DNA of 64,000 bases from Octopus vulgaris (Eukaryota), in assembly GCA_951406725.2 (NCBI GenBank), contig OX597821.1, positions 71,176,001-71,240,000 on the forward strand, in the 5' to 3' direction. Below are positions 39,820 through 53,917 of the stretch, piece after piece. The translations under genes were made by a program, and so were the position numbers. The first letter of the stretch is position 1, and each line of letters opens with the position of its first letter. Under the pieces are notes generated by a model. It was not told the DNA's origin and did no database searches. It worked only from the letters and a program-made list of their open reading frames with translations.

Positions 39820-39965
39820 TGCTTCCTTTAAATTGTTGATGGATACCAAGGAGCCTCCGTTTTCATTGCATATGGCGAGGGCATCACTATAAACTTCCTT
39901 TTCACATACAAACATATAATGGCCGCTTCTAAGCTGCACCCATCCATCAACGCAATCCGCGTTTA
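39820..39965 (-). CDS. aGPCR exon: C-type lectin domain part 1 (NADCVDGWVQLRSGHYMFVCEKEVYSDALAICNENGGSLVSINNLKEA)
   Basis: Acceptor ttattatattacag|TA (phase 1), donor GCA|gtaagt (phase 0); typical CTLD N-terminal C..GW / A..C...GG.L.SI pattern. Confidence 0.92.
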
Positions 39966-40284
39966 CTGTAATATAATAAAGAAGACATACAATATTAAGT
40001 TTTAGAAAAGAATACAATTAGAAATGAAACATAAAAAAAGGACATAATAAATGCCTTTGAAAAAAGGATCATTATAGAAAACCGCGCTCCTATGGTCATG
40101 CACCCATACATACTTAACAAGAAACGCTCGTAGCATCTGATGTAGCACCGGATATGTCGTCTGCGCTCCCGGAAATTTAAGTGATGTGGAACTGAGAAAC
40201 TGTTATTAAAAATATAGCTCCAACCAAACGAATTGAGTGCTAGTGCTACTCTTTTCGTTTCTTCACTCACTCACACATATATGA

Positions 40285-40324
<40 letters not shown>

Positions 40325-40391
40325 TCACTCAGTCATACATGCATGCATGCATACATACATACATACATACATACATACATACATACATACA

Positions 40392-40427
<36 letters not shown>

Positions 40428-41765
40428 TATAGACTAGCCATAGCAATCTTTAATACATATATATATGTAGATTATGTATATGTATTTATATGGATGCATG
40501 TATATATTAACTCATTTTGTATAAAGGTGTACATGTGTATGTGTGAATGTGTGTAGATATGAGTGTGTGTGCATACGCTTAGCTTCAAGTGATATCGACG
40601 TAGCGTATCAAGGAACAGTAGGTTTTTTTTTCTCTAATATAAAAGAGGCAGAATGTTATTTCCACATGGTTCACCTGTGAATCGTCAAGTGTCGACAAAA
40701 GCAATAAATACTTGGCTACAACAGCCATATGGAATCGCTGGCATTGTCTTGGTAAATGTCGGCAACACCAAGAGCGAATTACATAACAGAATTCCACGCC
40801 AAGAAGTAAGGTGCGGCTGTTTTAGACACGTAAGCGAATTGTTTATAGTTGGAGAGAAGTTCCCTTAAAGTCGGTTGGTGTGTTTTGTTCGTGGACTGCT
40901 TACTATATGGAGGTTTGATGTAGACATCCATTAACAAATTACGTAGTCAAGGTTTGAATGACAAACCCTGCTACGAGACGAAACAATGAAGATGGCCAAT
41001 TTAGAGAAGTTCGACAAATGTCTAGGCTGTTATTTCTAACAGGTCAAGAGTATTATGTATGACATTTGTAACATTTCAAAGAAGACCGTTTCTTCGGTGA
41101 GAAATTGAAATTGTTTAGACAAGACCGCATTTAGGAGAGATTTGGGTTGTGTGTAAGAGAGAAAGAGCGGGAGGAAGAGAGAGGCAGAGAGTCAGAGAGG
41201 GAGAGGGAAAAAGATAGACAGAATGAAAGGAAGGGAGAGAGACAAAGTGAGGGGAAAAGAAAGAGAGGGAGGGAGAGAGAGGGAAATCGAGAAACAGAGA
41301 AAGAAAGCGAATGAATGAGTGTGTCTGTACTATTATAAGTAGTTCTTTGTATCTATCCGTCCATTCACACAGTTTCTGTCTGCCTAGGTACACTCACAAG
41401 GCACGGGTCGATTCGAGATCTTAATGAATATATCTGAGTTGTATTTTCTTCATTATAGAAGCAAACAAGATTTATGATCAGAACGACAGAGTACACCGGA
41501 GTACCCCTCGGGTACCCCTCCTAAGACATTGTATTGTTAGGATATCTCTGAATACTTCTTATTTATCCCTAGCAAATCAGCCAATTCTTTGTTGCAAAGC
41601 CCAGAATTTACTCTGCTCAGCACTGTAAGCTAAGGGATTATTCGACTCCCTTTTTGTGGTGCTGTTATTGTTCAGAGCTGATAAATATTCTTATTTCATG
41701 GAGCCTTTAATACAACGAATTGGACTGGACAGTTTGAAGGTTACGTGCATCATTGACATAACGAT

Positions 41766-41803
<38 letters not shown>

Positions 41804-42592
41804 AATACATATATAAATATATATAGGGAGAGAGAGAGAAAATATATATATATACAGAGAGAGATATTTAGCTTCTCTTCAGAAGAAAACACAAGTCTAT
41901 TGCAGCAAGGTGAACAAAAGGAAATCATTTGCCGAACAAACAAAAGCCCAACCCCGCCCCAACCAAAACACAGACAGATAAACGTCCACAATGTATCCGC
42001 CAGGTGCGGGATTTGAACTTGTAAATAAAAATCAGTTTGTTCAATAATATTATATTCACTCGGTTATTTTGTTTCTACAAAAATGAATAAAGGCAGAAGC
42101 CGTTTACTAAAATGCAGCTACATCAAAAACAGAAGAGGGGGGCAAAAGGGAAGCAGCGGCAACAACAACAACAAGAAACTAATTCTGCACATTCAATAGA
42201 ATATGTTTAAAGTATTAAAAGTAATTATATTTTACCTGAGCAAACTACTGAACAGCAAAAGGAGGCGAAATGCAATGGCCGACTCTCGTGTTTTGTTTAT
42301 TTAAGCGAAAGAACTTCCGTTCAGCAGACGGTTTTGCACCAGTAATGAAGTTCGACTTATTTTGTCGAGATTTCTTAGCTGTTCCATTTTATTCTTTTCT
42401 ACTTTCATAACCATAACCACACACACTCACACACGCATACACACACTAACACACACACACACGCACACACAATACATGTGATATATGATGTACACACACG
42501 TAGAGGTGTACCTATGTTGTTTAATGTCGCCCGAAGACCGTAATGGCATGAACCTCTTAGATTATGTTTTAATGCATGTGTGTGTGTATATA

Positions 42593-42659
<67 letters not shown>

Positions 42660-43149
42660 ACCGCCTCCGTTGATTCTACACCAACTTAGGTTTATGGCTT
42701 TAAAGTCAAAAGAGACATAACTCTAATTCTCTCTCCGTTTTCCCTTTCTTTTTCCGTTCTTTTCACCCATTTTTTTACTGCATCCACCTTCCTCCCGTTT
42801 TTTCTCGTGATTTCTGTTATTCTTTTCTGATTTGCAACTAGTATAAGCCATGTGATCAGAGCCTTAGGATTGCTTGGAGACACTAGGCATGTTATTAAAA
42901 CGTGCCTAGACAACATCTTCAATGTATGAAACTCTTAGTAGCTCAAAACTATACACTGTGTATATTAACCAATATATATCTCTCACCGGATGGGTACACC
43001 TTTTGTTGATTTTATTTGAAGAGAAAATTACACACGCGCGCGCACAATACATGTGATATATGATGTATAGAGACGTACAGGTGTACCTAAGTTGTTTAAT
43101 GTCGCCTGAAGATCGTAGTGGCATGGTGCTCACTCTGAAGAGACACTAA

Positions 43150-43990
43150 TTCTAAGTAGAGTCTCATAGGGAACTGTACTGGGATCACTACTATTTGTGG
43201 TGGCCCTCTCAGACAAGCTCTCCTCGGTACCGTCAGCCAGTCTGACTGTTGAGACACAAAAGATAAGAACCCAGAAGACATAAAACTGCAGAAAGACCTG
43301 AACGAAATCTACAAATGGGCCAACAAAAATAACATGCAGTTCAATGCTATGAAATTTCAGGCATTCTACTATCGGCCCAATACCAGGCTAAAAATCAGAA
43401 TACACTGGTCCAATAGGCAATACTATCCCAGAGTCAGAGTCGATGCGTGAACTGGAGGTTCACATGAGCAATGAAGCAACATTCCCTGTGTATATAATCA
43501 AAATGGCAACACTATGTAAGCGAGTGGTTGAATGGATTCTGAGGACATTCAGTACCAGGAAAAGGGAGACCCTGCTATTCTTATGGAGGACTTTCGTTCT
43601 CAGCCGCTTGTACTACTGGTCCCAGCTATGGTCCCCAGTGAGTGTGGAACAAACTGTGGAACTCGAAGTAATCCAGTGCCAATACACAAAGAAGATTGAC
43701 TCGATGCAAAAGATGGGCGCTACTGTGAGAGGCTAAAGGAGCTGAGTTTCTGTTCCCTGGAAAGAAGACGAGAGAGATGTGCGGTGATATATATTTAGAA
43801 GATCTTGGAGGGTTTAGCTCCAATCCTCCAATCCAGACCAATCCTCGAACTGGACGACGCTGCATCATAGCAAAAATCCCGTCTCATCCATCTAAAATAA
43901 TGACTCAGTACTGCAAAAGCCTGGATTTCAAGAACCCGCAATTGTTCAACATCTTGCCAGGCAACCTTAGATTGAAAGATAGACAAATAA
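43150..43990 (+). mobile_element. Decayed CR1/L2-group LINE RT fragment
   Basis: GTVLGSLLF, LQKDLNEIYKWANKNNMQFN..KF, WILRTF..R, LWSP, LE.IQ motifs with frameshifts. Confidence 0.85.
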
Positions 43991-44093
43991 GAAGAGAACA
44001 AGAGAAGGATGAGAGTTGAGAGTTAGCTGGACAAAGTAGAAGAAGCAGTTTTGTGTTTGTTTATATGTGTATACGTATATATATATGTAATAC

Positions 44094-44149
<56 letters not shown>

Positions 44150-44236
44150 GTATATAAAACCAGTGGCCTATCTATGTATATATATATGTGTGTGTGTTTA
44201 TATATATATATCAGTAAATGGTGTATACATGTCTGC

Positions 44237-44404
<168 letters not shown>

Positions 44405-44515
44405 ATTCATGTACACCATGTATCTGTACGTGCTCGTGCTTGATATAGAACTGTGTGAGAAAAAGAGATTTCTATACAGAGTTGTAGAAGAATAAAGAAA
44501 AGAGGTGCGAGAGAG

Positions 44516-44550
<35 letters not shown>

Positions 44551-44889
44551 CGAGACAAGACGAGAGAGAGAGAAGAGAGAGAGAGGATGGGAGAAAGGGA
44601 AGGAAAGGGGTGGGGACAGGTATGTATGTGGGTGCTGAAGTGTGTTGGAACAATGCAGAAATGAAGCTGATGAAATGTGAAGTGGGCTAGTGATGAGTGT
44701 GTCCTTTCTCTCTCTCTCTCCCTCTCGTACTCATACACTGTAGTTGATAAAGTACCAGTTACCCCACTGATGTAAGTTTTGAGGGCTGGCGCCGACCTCA
44801 AGGAGTCGCCCCCCTCCCTTCAATCCGTGATATTTAGTAGTCACCAGTATAAGAGGGGCAGCAGAATGTTATTGCAAACAACTTACTGA

Positions 44890-44925
<36 letters not shown>

Positions 44926-45974
44926 GAATGAATGATGAATGAAGAATGATGTGTGTGTGTTTACAGTTGTTTTACGTGCATAATCATTGAAGAGATCACT
45001 TTAATGTTTTTGCACGTAAAAACTAATCGTTTCCCTTTGTAACGTGACTTCCATCACCACTTCTCCCTCTCGATCAATTTGTATCTGCTTGCCCTCCTCA
45101 TTATTGTAAATTAATTACATCGTAGAACAGAAGTTCATTAACAACTATCTTTCATACAAACCCCAACAGAGAGGAGGACCAAGCGAATCTCTCAATATTC
45201 TACAAGATATTCACATAAAACACACATAAAACCATAATCTTCCTCGCACTGGAATTTCTTTCGTTCTTTCATTCTTCCTTGCTTTCATTCACCCCCCCCT
45301 CATTTCTTATTCTTGTTAGTCAAAGTTTTTTAAACAAGATGCTTAGCATGGTTCTACATTTGGTGAATCCGCTCTAACTAGGCAAATGTTGAAAGATACA
45401 TACAGGACGAGAAGTTTTGGCACAGCTGTTTTGGCGTTACTGGTTCGGCGCTGACTTATTTCACGGCAAATCTTTTTAATATTCCTCTCGTTTTTATTGT
45501 TTCTCTCCTTCCCGTCCTCCCTGTATTTAAATGTGATGTAGAAGATATTTGCACCTGTCTAGACATATACAGTGGATGGGAAATTAGGTACGTATCTATA
45601 TGGATGGAAGGACGAATGGAAAGGCGGACGGACCGATGGATGTATACTTTCGACATAAATATAAGAGTTTGAACTTTGCTTTTCAATAAGCTCGTTTCAT
45701 ATAATTTATTTTAGTAACAGCTTTAACCGTGCAGCCACCCATCCGTTGCTCTCATCACGTACACGAAATGTTCTGAGATATAATCTTTTGCAAGTTACAC
45801 CTGCTCAATTTCTCTCATTGTGTGAGACTACTTTAGAACAGCGATGACGTCTTTAACAGAGTCTATCTTGTTCTGTTTTGTTGTTGTTATCTTAGATTAA
45901 TAATTATATCTTCTTTTTACATATCATCCTTACGTCTTTGTTCACATATGTGTGTAAACGTTTGTTTAACTCTA

Positions 45975-46502
45975 CGAGGTCAAATCAAAAAAGTATCGGG
46001 ACTGGTGTTATAAAAAAGAAACCACAATGTGGTCCCCTTCTGAAGTCGCACACTTTATTCTGTATCATTTCCACTGAGCGAAACATTCCTGGAAATCCCG
46101 TTTTGGGGAGAGCATGCAGCTACCTCATCACATTCTGAGATTTGTTCGACACTTTGAAATATTGTTTGGGGTCTTCCATTGCGAAAACTGAACCTTGGCT
46201 TCATGATCATTGCCAAAGACCCACAATTCGTCATTTGTTGAGACCGTTTCCAGAGGGTTTTCGATTTCCTCGAGACAATCAAAGACATCCTGCGACACTG
46301 AAACCCAATCTTTTTGAGACGACCACACTCGACACACTTTACTTCCAAGCACTGCTACAAACAACGGAAGGAAGCGAGAATGTTATAACTAAGTGTGCAA
46401 GCGCGACCAAGTTAAATGTCAATCTGTGCCAAGCGGCTTCACTCTGCCTACTTTAGGTCCGTTATCATAGTAACAATCTCGATACTTTTTCGTCAGACTT
46501 CG
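45975..46502 (-). mobile_element. Internally deleted mariner transposon
   Basis: TA-flanked TIRs (cgaggtcaaatcaaaaaagtatcggga / tctcgatactttttcgtcagacttcg); fragment VSTNDELWVFGNDHEAKVQFSQWKTP resembles mariner TGDETW. Confidence 0.85.
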
Positions 46503-46784
46503 TATGAATACCAATCTGTCCATGACCGCCAGTTTGTCTTTCAAACTTTCTCATCACGGCAAATATATTCGTCCATTTCTAGATAATACCGCAAGTCTCC
46601 AGCAATCTCTTCAAATATCCATCATTCTCCGTGTAATTTCGTCAGTGTCTGAAATCTAATTATTTTCCTCCATCTGATTCCTATTATTTATTTCATGAAT
46701 TACAAAAAGGCTAAAATTTACCTTTCCCACAATTCTGGCATATGGTTTACATTATTGAAAGTTAGACTAAACCTATTGCTTGTG

Positions 46785-46820
<36 letters not shown>

Positions 46821-46822
<2 letters not shown>

Positions 46823-47590
46823 CGTACTCATCTCTGAAAACATGGATCAGCTTCAGACCATGCTGACGGAGCTCGACATCAAAAGTTCTGCAGTAGGTCT
46901 CGAGATGAACCGCATGAAAACAAAGTTCATGCGGTCAGACAACGTACCAACAGGTCGAATGGTGATCGGCAGTGATGAAATAGAAGAGGTGAGAGAATAT
47001 GTCTACCTGGAACAGGAAGTAAATATGTGCCGGAATATCAAAAAGGAGATCTCACGGAGAGTAAGGGCCAGATGGAAGGCGTTCAGTGGCATAAGGGATG
47101 TGCTCAAGGGAAGGTTGGACAGGACCACCCGTGCTAACCTCATTAACAGTGCAGTTCTGCCTGCAATGTTATATGGTAGTGAAACATGGGCTACCACAAA
47201 GAGAGAAGAGCAAAGACTGATAACGGCTCAAAGAGCCATGGAAAGGTCAATGCTTGGTATCTCGTTGAGAGAGCACATAAATAACAACATCATCAGAAAG
47301 AAGTCAGGCGTGAGAGATGTCATCGCAGAGTATACTCGCAGCAAGTATAGATGGGCTGGACACGTCGCCCGGCTCACCGATAATCGGTGGACGCACGCAG
47401 TTGTCGAGTGGTACCCGCGTGAGCGGAAAAGACCACCCGGAAGACCTCCATGACGGTGGAGTGACGATTTCAAGAGGACATTTGGGATCACGTGGATGAG
47501 AAAGGCGCGATCCAGAGAGGAGTGGACAGCGTGCTGTGACCAGCGGTGTCAAATGGACGCCTGACGGACTGGTCGGTCAAAGTGACAAGA
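46821..47590 (+). mobile_element. 5'-truncated RTE-clade LINE (RT C-terminal half) inserted in a (TA)n tract
   Basis: IVLISEN..QLQTML.EL...GL.MN..KTK, YVYL.Q, LPAMLYGSETW, K.RWAGHVAR, KRP.GRP; one internal TGA (47451-47453), natural stop at about 47562-47564. Confidence 0.92.
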
Positions 47591-47618
47591 TATATATATA
47601 CATATACATATATATATA

Positions 47619-47935
47619 CGAGGGTAATCCCAAGAGTAAGGTCTCCAAAAATATTTAAAAATCACAGAAACGTTTATTTTCAATGATGTTTTCATCATTT
47701 TAAAGTTTGAACATTTATTTATTTTTCTACATAATCGCCATTTCGGTCGATGCACTTTTGTAAGTGCTGAGGCAGTTTTTGTACGCCCATATCATACCAG
47801 CTCACCGCCATGTTGAACTTCATCTTTCACCTTGTCGTCGTTGCTGAAGCGCGTTCCGACCAAATGTTCTTTCAATTTAGTGAACAGGTGGTTATCACTT
47901 GGTGCCAAGTCCGGACTATAAGGTGAGTTGCCATT
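47619..47935 (-). mobile_element. Mariner transposon 3' fragment
   Basis: TIR ta-cgagggtaatcccaagagtaaggtctcc; minus-strand translation PYSPDLAPSDNHLFTKLKEHLVGTRFSNDDKVK. Confidence 0.88.
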
Positions 47936-47949
47936 TATGGTCTTCTGTA

Positions 47950-48031
<82 letters not shown>

Positions 48032-48099
48032 ACTATATATATATTATTGTTAGATTAGACCTATTGTTTGTGGTACATATATATATATATATATATATA

Positions 48100-48509
48100 T
48101 CCAACCAGCATGGATTCCGTAATGGAAGGGATTGCCTGACGCAGCTACTGCATCATTTTGATGACATTTTGAGAGCCTTGGGAGAGGGTTCCAACAAAAA
48201 TCTAAATCGCATCTCATAACAACAATACCGCACAATTATTTCACCTCAATTGGACCCGCTCTCTTCAACATTACACCAGGACACGTCAAAACAGAAACTG
48301 ACCACACAAAATTCAAGAATTTGGACAAATTCCTTCAAACAGTCCCGGACAAACCACCCACACTCGGATATGTCACCGCAAACAATAACTCTCTGCTCGA
48401 ATGGGCCTTGGTGCCCAAATCCTGAATTGAAAGACTTGGCCAGGTGGTGCTATTAAGTTAGACATGGCCTGGGCCAATACTGGTCAAAACCTTTCTAAGT
48501 TAGTCTAAG

Positions 48510-48510
<1 letters not shown>
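48100..48510 (+). mobile_element. CR1/L2-group LINE 3' end; its tail recurs at 59648-59716
   Basis: GPALFNI, FK.LDKFLQTVPDKP; shared tail caggtggtgctattaagttagacatggcctgg...ctaagt. Confidence 0.7.
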
Positions 48511-48596
<86 letters not shown>

Positions 48597-50295
48597 TAGA
48601 TATAGATATATATATATATATACATATATATACATATATACACACACACATATATATATATATATATACATACATATATATACATATATACATATATATC
48701 CATACATATATACATACACACATATACACACACACATACACACATAAATACACATTCATGTTCATATATATGCAGAGAGAGAGAGAGAGAGAGAGAGACA
48801 TACATGCAGCCAGACATCCATGGACCGGCGGTGAGATATAGGCTGATTGTGTAAAAGACAGAGCGAAAGAATAAAGGTTAAGTGAAAGAGAATCTGTGTT
48901 TTGGGAAAGAGAAAGATGTTGGCTGTTGCGATAATAATAAAGAATAAAACGAAATAGATGTGATACTTGTTAACTGGGTGAAGGATGAGCGAGCATATCG
49001 CGATGAAAGAGAAGAATATAATGATGTAATGGCTGACCTCACTGGATCAGGTCGGCAGACGACAAGCAGAGACATGGAAATAGTCACGTAGACCAATCAA
49101 ATTAAATTCAAAAACAAAAATTCAGAAAAAAAATAAAGGAGAGAAAATGGTGTGTCTGTGTGTGTGTGTGTATGTGTGATGTAGTTGGTGTTCGGGGGTT
49201 GTATGCATGGATGGTAAACTGAGATTCTTAGTTATAACTGTTATAACTTACGTCACAGCTTACTTGCTGCGTTACTGAATGGAGAGGACGATGGTGGTGG
49301 TGGTGGTGGTGGTGGTGAGTGTTAGAAAAAGAACGAAAGGGAAGCTAAAGAATAACATGAGAACAAAGGCCCCCACCAACAAAAGAAAGAAAACAAGAAG
49401 AGAGAAAGACAAAAGGAAAAAGGAAGAAAAAATGTAACTGAAACGAAAGCAAATATAGAACGAACGAGTATGCTAGACATAGCAGTCAAAATTCGCTTCA
49501 GTTATACATTTTTATAATTGGATGAGAATGCATGGGAAAATGTAGTTATTATTGGAAAGATGGTACCTGAGTAAAAACGGAGTGAAACACAAGCACGGGG
49601 GATGAATCATTGGGCGACAGGATAAGTCGATTAAGCTGATTGGGTTTCGATTTAAGCAATTGACCTCTTTCTTCTTTATTTTATCGACCATCGCTCGGAA
49701 GGATAGAAGGCAAAGTCAACCTTGTGTGTGTATGTATGTATATAATATGTATATATAATTTATATATTTGTATGTGTGTGTGTGTGACTGTCTGTGTTTG
49801 TTCCTTGTCAACACTTGGAAACCGGCGTTGGTGTGTTTACGTCCCCTTATCTTAGCCGTTCGGCAAAAGAGATTTATAGAATAAGTGCCAGTCTTAAAAA
49901 AGCTTTGTGGTCGAATGGTTGGACCAAAATTCTTGAAGGCGGTGCTGCAGCAAAAGGTATCTGGTCACCAATAGATCTAGCTTTCTTAACGATGAATCTA
50001 ACTTCTCTAACCACTGATTCATTCATCACTGATCCGGATAACACGGTACACTCAATTGTAAAATTGTTTAACACTATTTGATCTGCGATAACACGGGTCA
50101 GCGACTGAAAGATCCTGCTTGCACCACGAAAGCGCAGCCCGTGACCATCCACAATGCTCAGAATAACTTAAGGTCTCCGAACAAAACCTATTTTCCCCAT
50201 GTTTTATCATTCATTTATTACAGTTTCATTTAACACCGTGATAAACGAGTGCAAACGCATTCATTTATCTTCATAATGAATATTCATATTTAAAA

Positions 50296-50520
50296 AGGCG
50301 GCACCTTGGTAGAATCGTATGCGTGCCGGACAAAATGCTTAGCGGCATTTCTTCCGTCTTTACGTTCTCAGTTCAAATTCCGTCGCGCGGACAACTTTGC
50401 TTTCCATCCTTTCAGAGTTGATAAAATAAATACCAGTGAAACACTGGGGTCGATGTAATCTACAAGGCCCCGTTCTCCCTAAATTGCTGGCCTTGTACAA
50501 AAATTTGAAATCAAAATTCA
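50296..50520 (+). mobile_element. tRNA-derived SINE, family A
   Basis: aaggcggcaccttggtagaatcg...gttcaaattcc...actttgctttccatcctttc. Confidence 0.8.
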
Positions 50521-51119
50521 GATTTAAAGCCTAAATATTATTAATTTGATTTCTACTAAATGAACTGTAAAATCGAAACCAATAAACATCTTACGAGTTC
50601 GCTGGATGTACGACGAAGGAAGAGGTTATGCGTAAATGACATGGCATCCGATGTGAAGGCATTGTCAGAACTTTTCCAGGCGACATTCTTCATTTTCTCA
50701 AGTTGGACTTATCACATCTCTCTATATTTCTCATGGATGGATATATTTTGGCATCGAGTTTAATTTTTCTTGTTTCCTTCATTTAATTATGCATTTCAAG
50801 AAAAATTTAAACTTCACTTAAAGAAAAGCTTGGCCGCCTACAACGCCTACGACGAGCACTACCACCACCACAACCACCACCACCACAACCACCACCACCA
50901 CAACCACCACTACCAACGACAACAACTTCACCGCACCACCACCGCAACCCCACCACCACCACCACCACCACCACTAGGTTTCCTTTTTTTCTTTCTTCCT
51001 CCTACCCTTCAGCTTCCTTTACTTTCCCCCTTCCCCCTCAACTTCACGTTGCACATTTTTATCAAACAAAATGTCAGAAATAGTTAGATGCAGTGCTGGC
51101 AGTCACCAATATATATATG

Positions 51120-51172
<53 letters not shown>

Positions 51173-51192
51173 GTATGTATGTATATATATAC

Positions 51193-51258
<66 letters not shown>

Positions 51259-51337
51259 CATATATATATATATATATATATATATCATATATATATAAAT
51301 ATATATATATATTTATGTATATATGTATACATATATG

Positions 51338-51374
<37 letters not shown>

Positions 51375-51780
51375 AATAGCTAGACAGCTCATGTGCATGT
51401 AGTAACGGGTGGGTGGTGTTCACCTTGGCACGTACAACCAAAGGACGTAAAAAACAAAAACAAAACACCATAAGAAAACAACAACAAAAACCCAACAGCT
51501 CATTCAATGTCATTAATTCTAAGGACAGCATGTCATTACGTTTTATGTCTGTCTACACACACACACACACACTCTCTCTCTCTTTCTTTCTCTCACTCTT
51601 TCTCTCTCTCTCTCACTCTTTCCCTCCCTCTCTCTCTCTTACTCTATACCCCCCCTCTCTCTCTCTCACACACACATTAATGTTTGTTTTTATGCCGAGT
51701 TATAATAAAAAGCAATTTTGCGTTAAAACGAAGAATTACTCAATACTTCGTGTAGAGTACATGTTTATCATGCTTTTACG

Positions 51781-51846
51781 AGAAGCGGTGTGACAGTGAC
51801 TTCGAAGATTCGGCCTGCTACTCTTCGAAGTCACTGTCACACTTCT
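51781..51846. repeat. Perfect 21-bp stem hairpin with 13-nt loop
   Basis: gtgtgacagtgacttcgaaga-ttcggcctgctac-tcttcgaagtcactgtcacac. Confidence 0.9.
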
Positions 51847-53710
51847 TATAAAAAATATGTGTTTAGAAGAGGTTACAATCCAAGCTGTGTCCTCGTGAAG
51901 GACGTCTCCAGGTTCGCATTAATCCAATGGATTGTTGTAGATGTTTAATTTTAAATGTGAAATACAAAGTGATTGAAATTTTTGGTAAATTCAGTTTGCA
52001 TATCAAAACAGGAGACTAGAAGAATTTAGTATATCTTTAATTCCATGTTACGCATGTTTCATTACACGATAGGAATCACAAAGGTATACATGTAGAAAAA
52101 AGATGTATAGAATCTCCAATCTGTAATTCTTCAGACAATTCCATGCGATTCTTCCATACACTTCCTGAAATCAGGTCGGTCGGTATGTGTAATATGGTTC
52201 CTAGTTAGTCATAAAATAGGTATTCTTGAAAGAACACATCTGTGGGCCATGCCAAGCCGTTCAGCCTACAGCTTGCGTGTCAGGGGACAGATAGACCACT
52301 GCTGACCTGTCTCTATACAAAAACATCCATTCAAAAGCTGACCGTAAAAAAACTGTAGACCCTGAGCTTAATATTGCATTGGAGTATTTAGTTCTTCTCC
52401 CTTACAATCTGAGTTTCTAGTACTTCTAGTGTCAAAAGGGGGTGATTTCATCGATTAATCTTATCCACGACAAATATGTGGTCTTATATCAATTTCTTAA
52501 ATTTTTGTACACCGTAAAATTGAATTAAATTGATTCAGTTTGTCAGAATTCCTCTCTCCTAATGTTGTTAAGAACGAATAAGATCCTTTAAATTGAATCC
52601 CACATTTTTGTTGAGACTGATTGTCCCTTTAGAAACCAACACAACACAAAAGACACATTTTAGCCCTTCAAAAGCAGACAAGAATTGTTAATTTCTCTTA
52701 AACTGCGACCTGGTCACTGGCGCAGTTCCACTTCAACTGGTTGAGCTGAGTTTGTTGGTCAACGGATATAGATTTCGATGTTATAAGAATGATTTTTCAT
52801 CTATCTTGTAGGTCAATCGTTCTGGTTCTCAGTGTCTGGTGTCAGTACTCGTTCAGTAAATACGGTATTTATTTGCAATCAGCAAACCTTCTCCTTCCTC
52901 TTTCTTTGAGCGGGAATCTTTAATATTGTATTGAACAGTAAGTCAGAAATGACATCAAAGCAGAAACTCTACCAATCTATCGATCACAGCCTTAATAAAT
53001 CAATATGATTTACAATGCAGAGTTTGTTAACTTTACGAAAATTTATGAACAGGACAAGATAGTTGATATCACCATTCACCCTATTAAGCCTTTTCCGAGC
53101 CATTGAGAGCATTTTTATGCCGTCGATTGAATTGCTAAAATCAGGAGCCAAGTTGCCCTTAAAGAACTCCCAAACAACCTCTTTAAAATAGAAAAGCACA
53201 GATTGATAATATAGTTCTAGATACAGTATGTTTGAGGAAAAGCCAACCTGAAGGTCACGGATAGAAAACATTTGATTTTAATCTACTGAAGGATAGTTGA
53301 TATCGTCACCACAACAATAAAAAAACAAAACAACGACATACTTTATTTTCAAGACAACACGCGCGCACACACTTACACTCATACACACACATACACTTAC
53401 ATACACACACACATGTTAAAGGAAAATAGGTATGAAACTATTTTAGTTTGGACTGCATTTCTGCAGACGACATAGGCTGCAGTATATTACTGGTACCCGT
53501 TTTGATGAACTGAACATACGAACAAATATCAACAGCAACACACGTGTTGAATAGGGTATGGCCAGGGATTTTGTAGGTTACATCTACACCTGCATAGACA
53601 CAAACACGCACGGAAAAATAGCCATCCATCCATCCATCCAACCACCCATCCATCCACCTACCTACCTAACTACGTATCTATCTATCTGTCTACCTACCTA
53701 CCTACCTACT

Positions 53711-53748
<38 letters not shown>

Positions 53749-53802
53749 CGTATCTATCTATCTGTCTGTCTGTCTACCTACCTATCTATTTATCTATATG
53801 TA

Positions 53803-53917
<115 letters not shown>

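Noticed and set aside
40585-40797. ORF containing MAVVAKYLLLLSTL as a possible leader
   Set aside because: Its donor (CAG|gtgaac) is phase 0, incompatible with the phase-1 CTLD exon.
42236-42390. Candidate signal-peptide exon (AIAFRLLLLFSSLL, donor CAG|gtaaaa)
   Set aside because: The hydrophobic frame is phase 2 (the next exon needs phase 1) and has an in-frame TAA between it and the ATG; the phase-1 frame has no ATG.
49252-49274. Possible micro-exon on the minus strand (ctctccattcag...gtaagt)
   Set aside because: Splice-like signals only; no frame or homology link to the receptor could be established.
50770-51087. His/Pro-rich ORF
   Set aside because: (CAC/CAA)n repeat; no supported exon boundaries.
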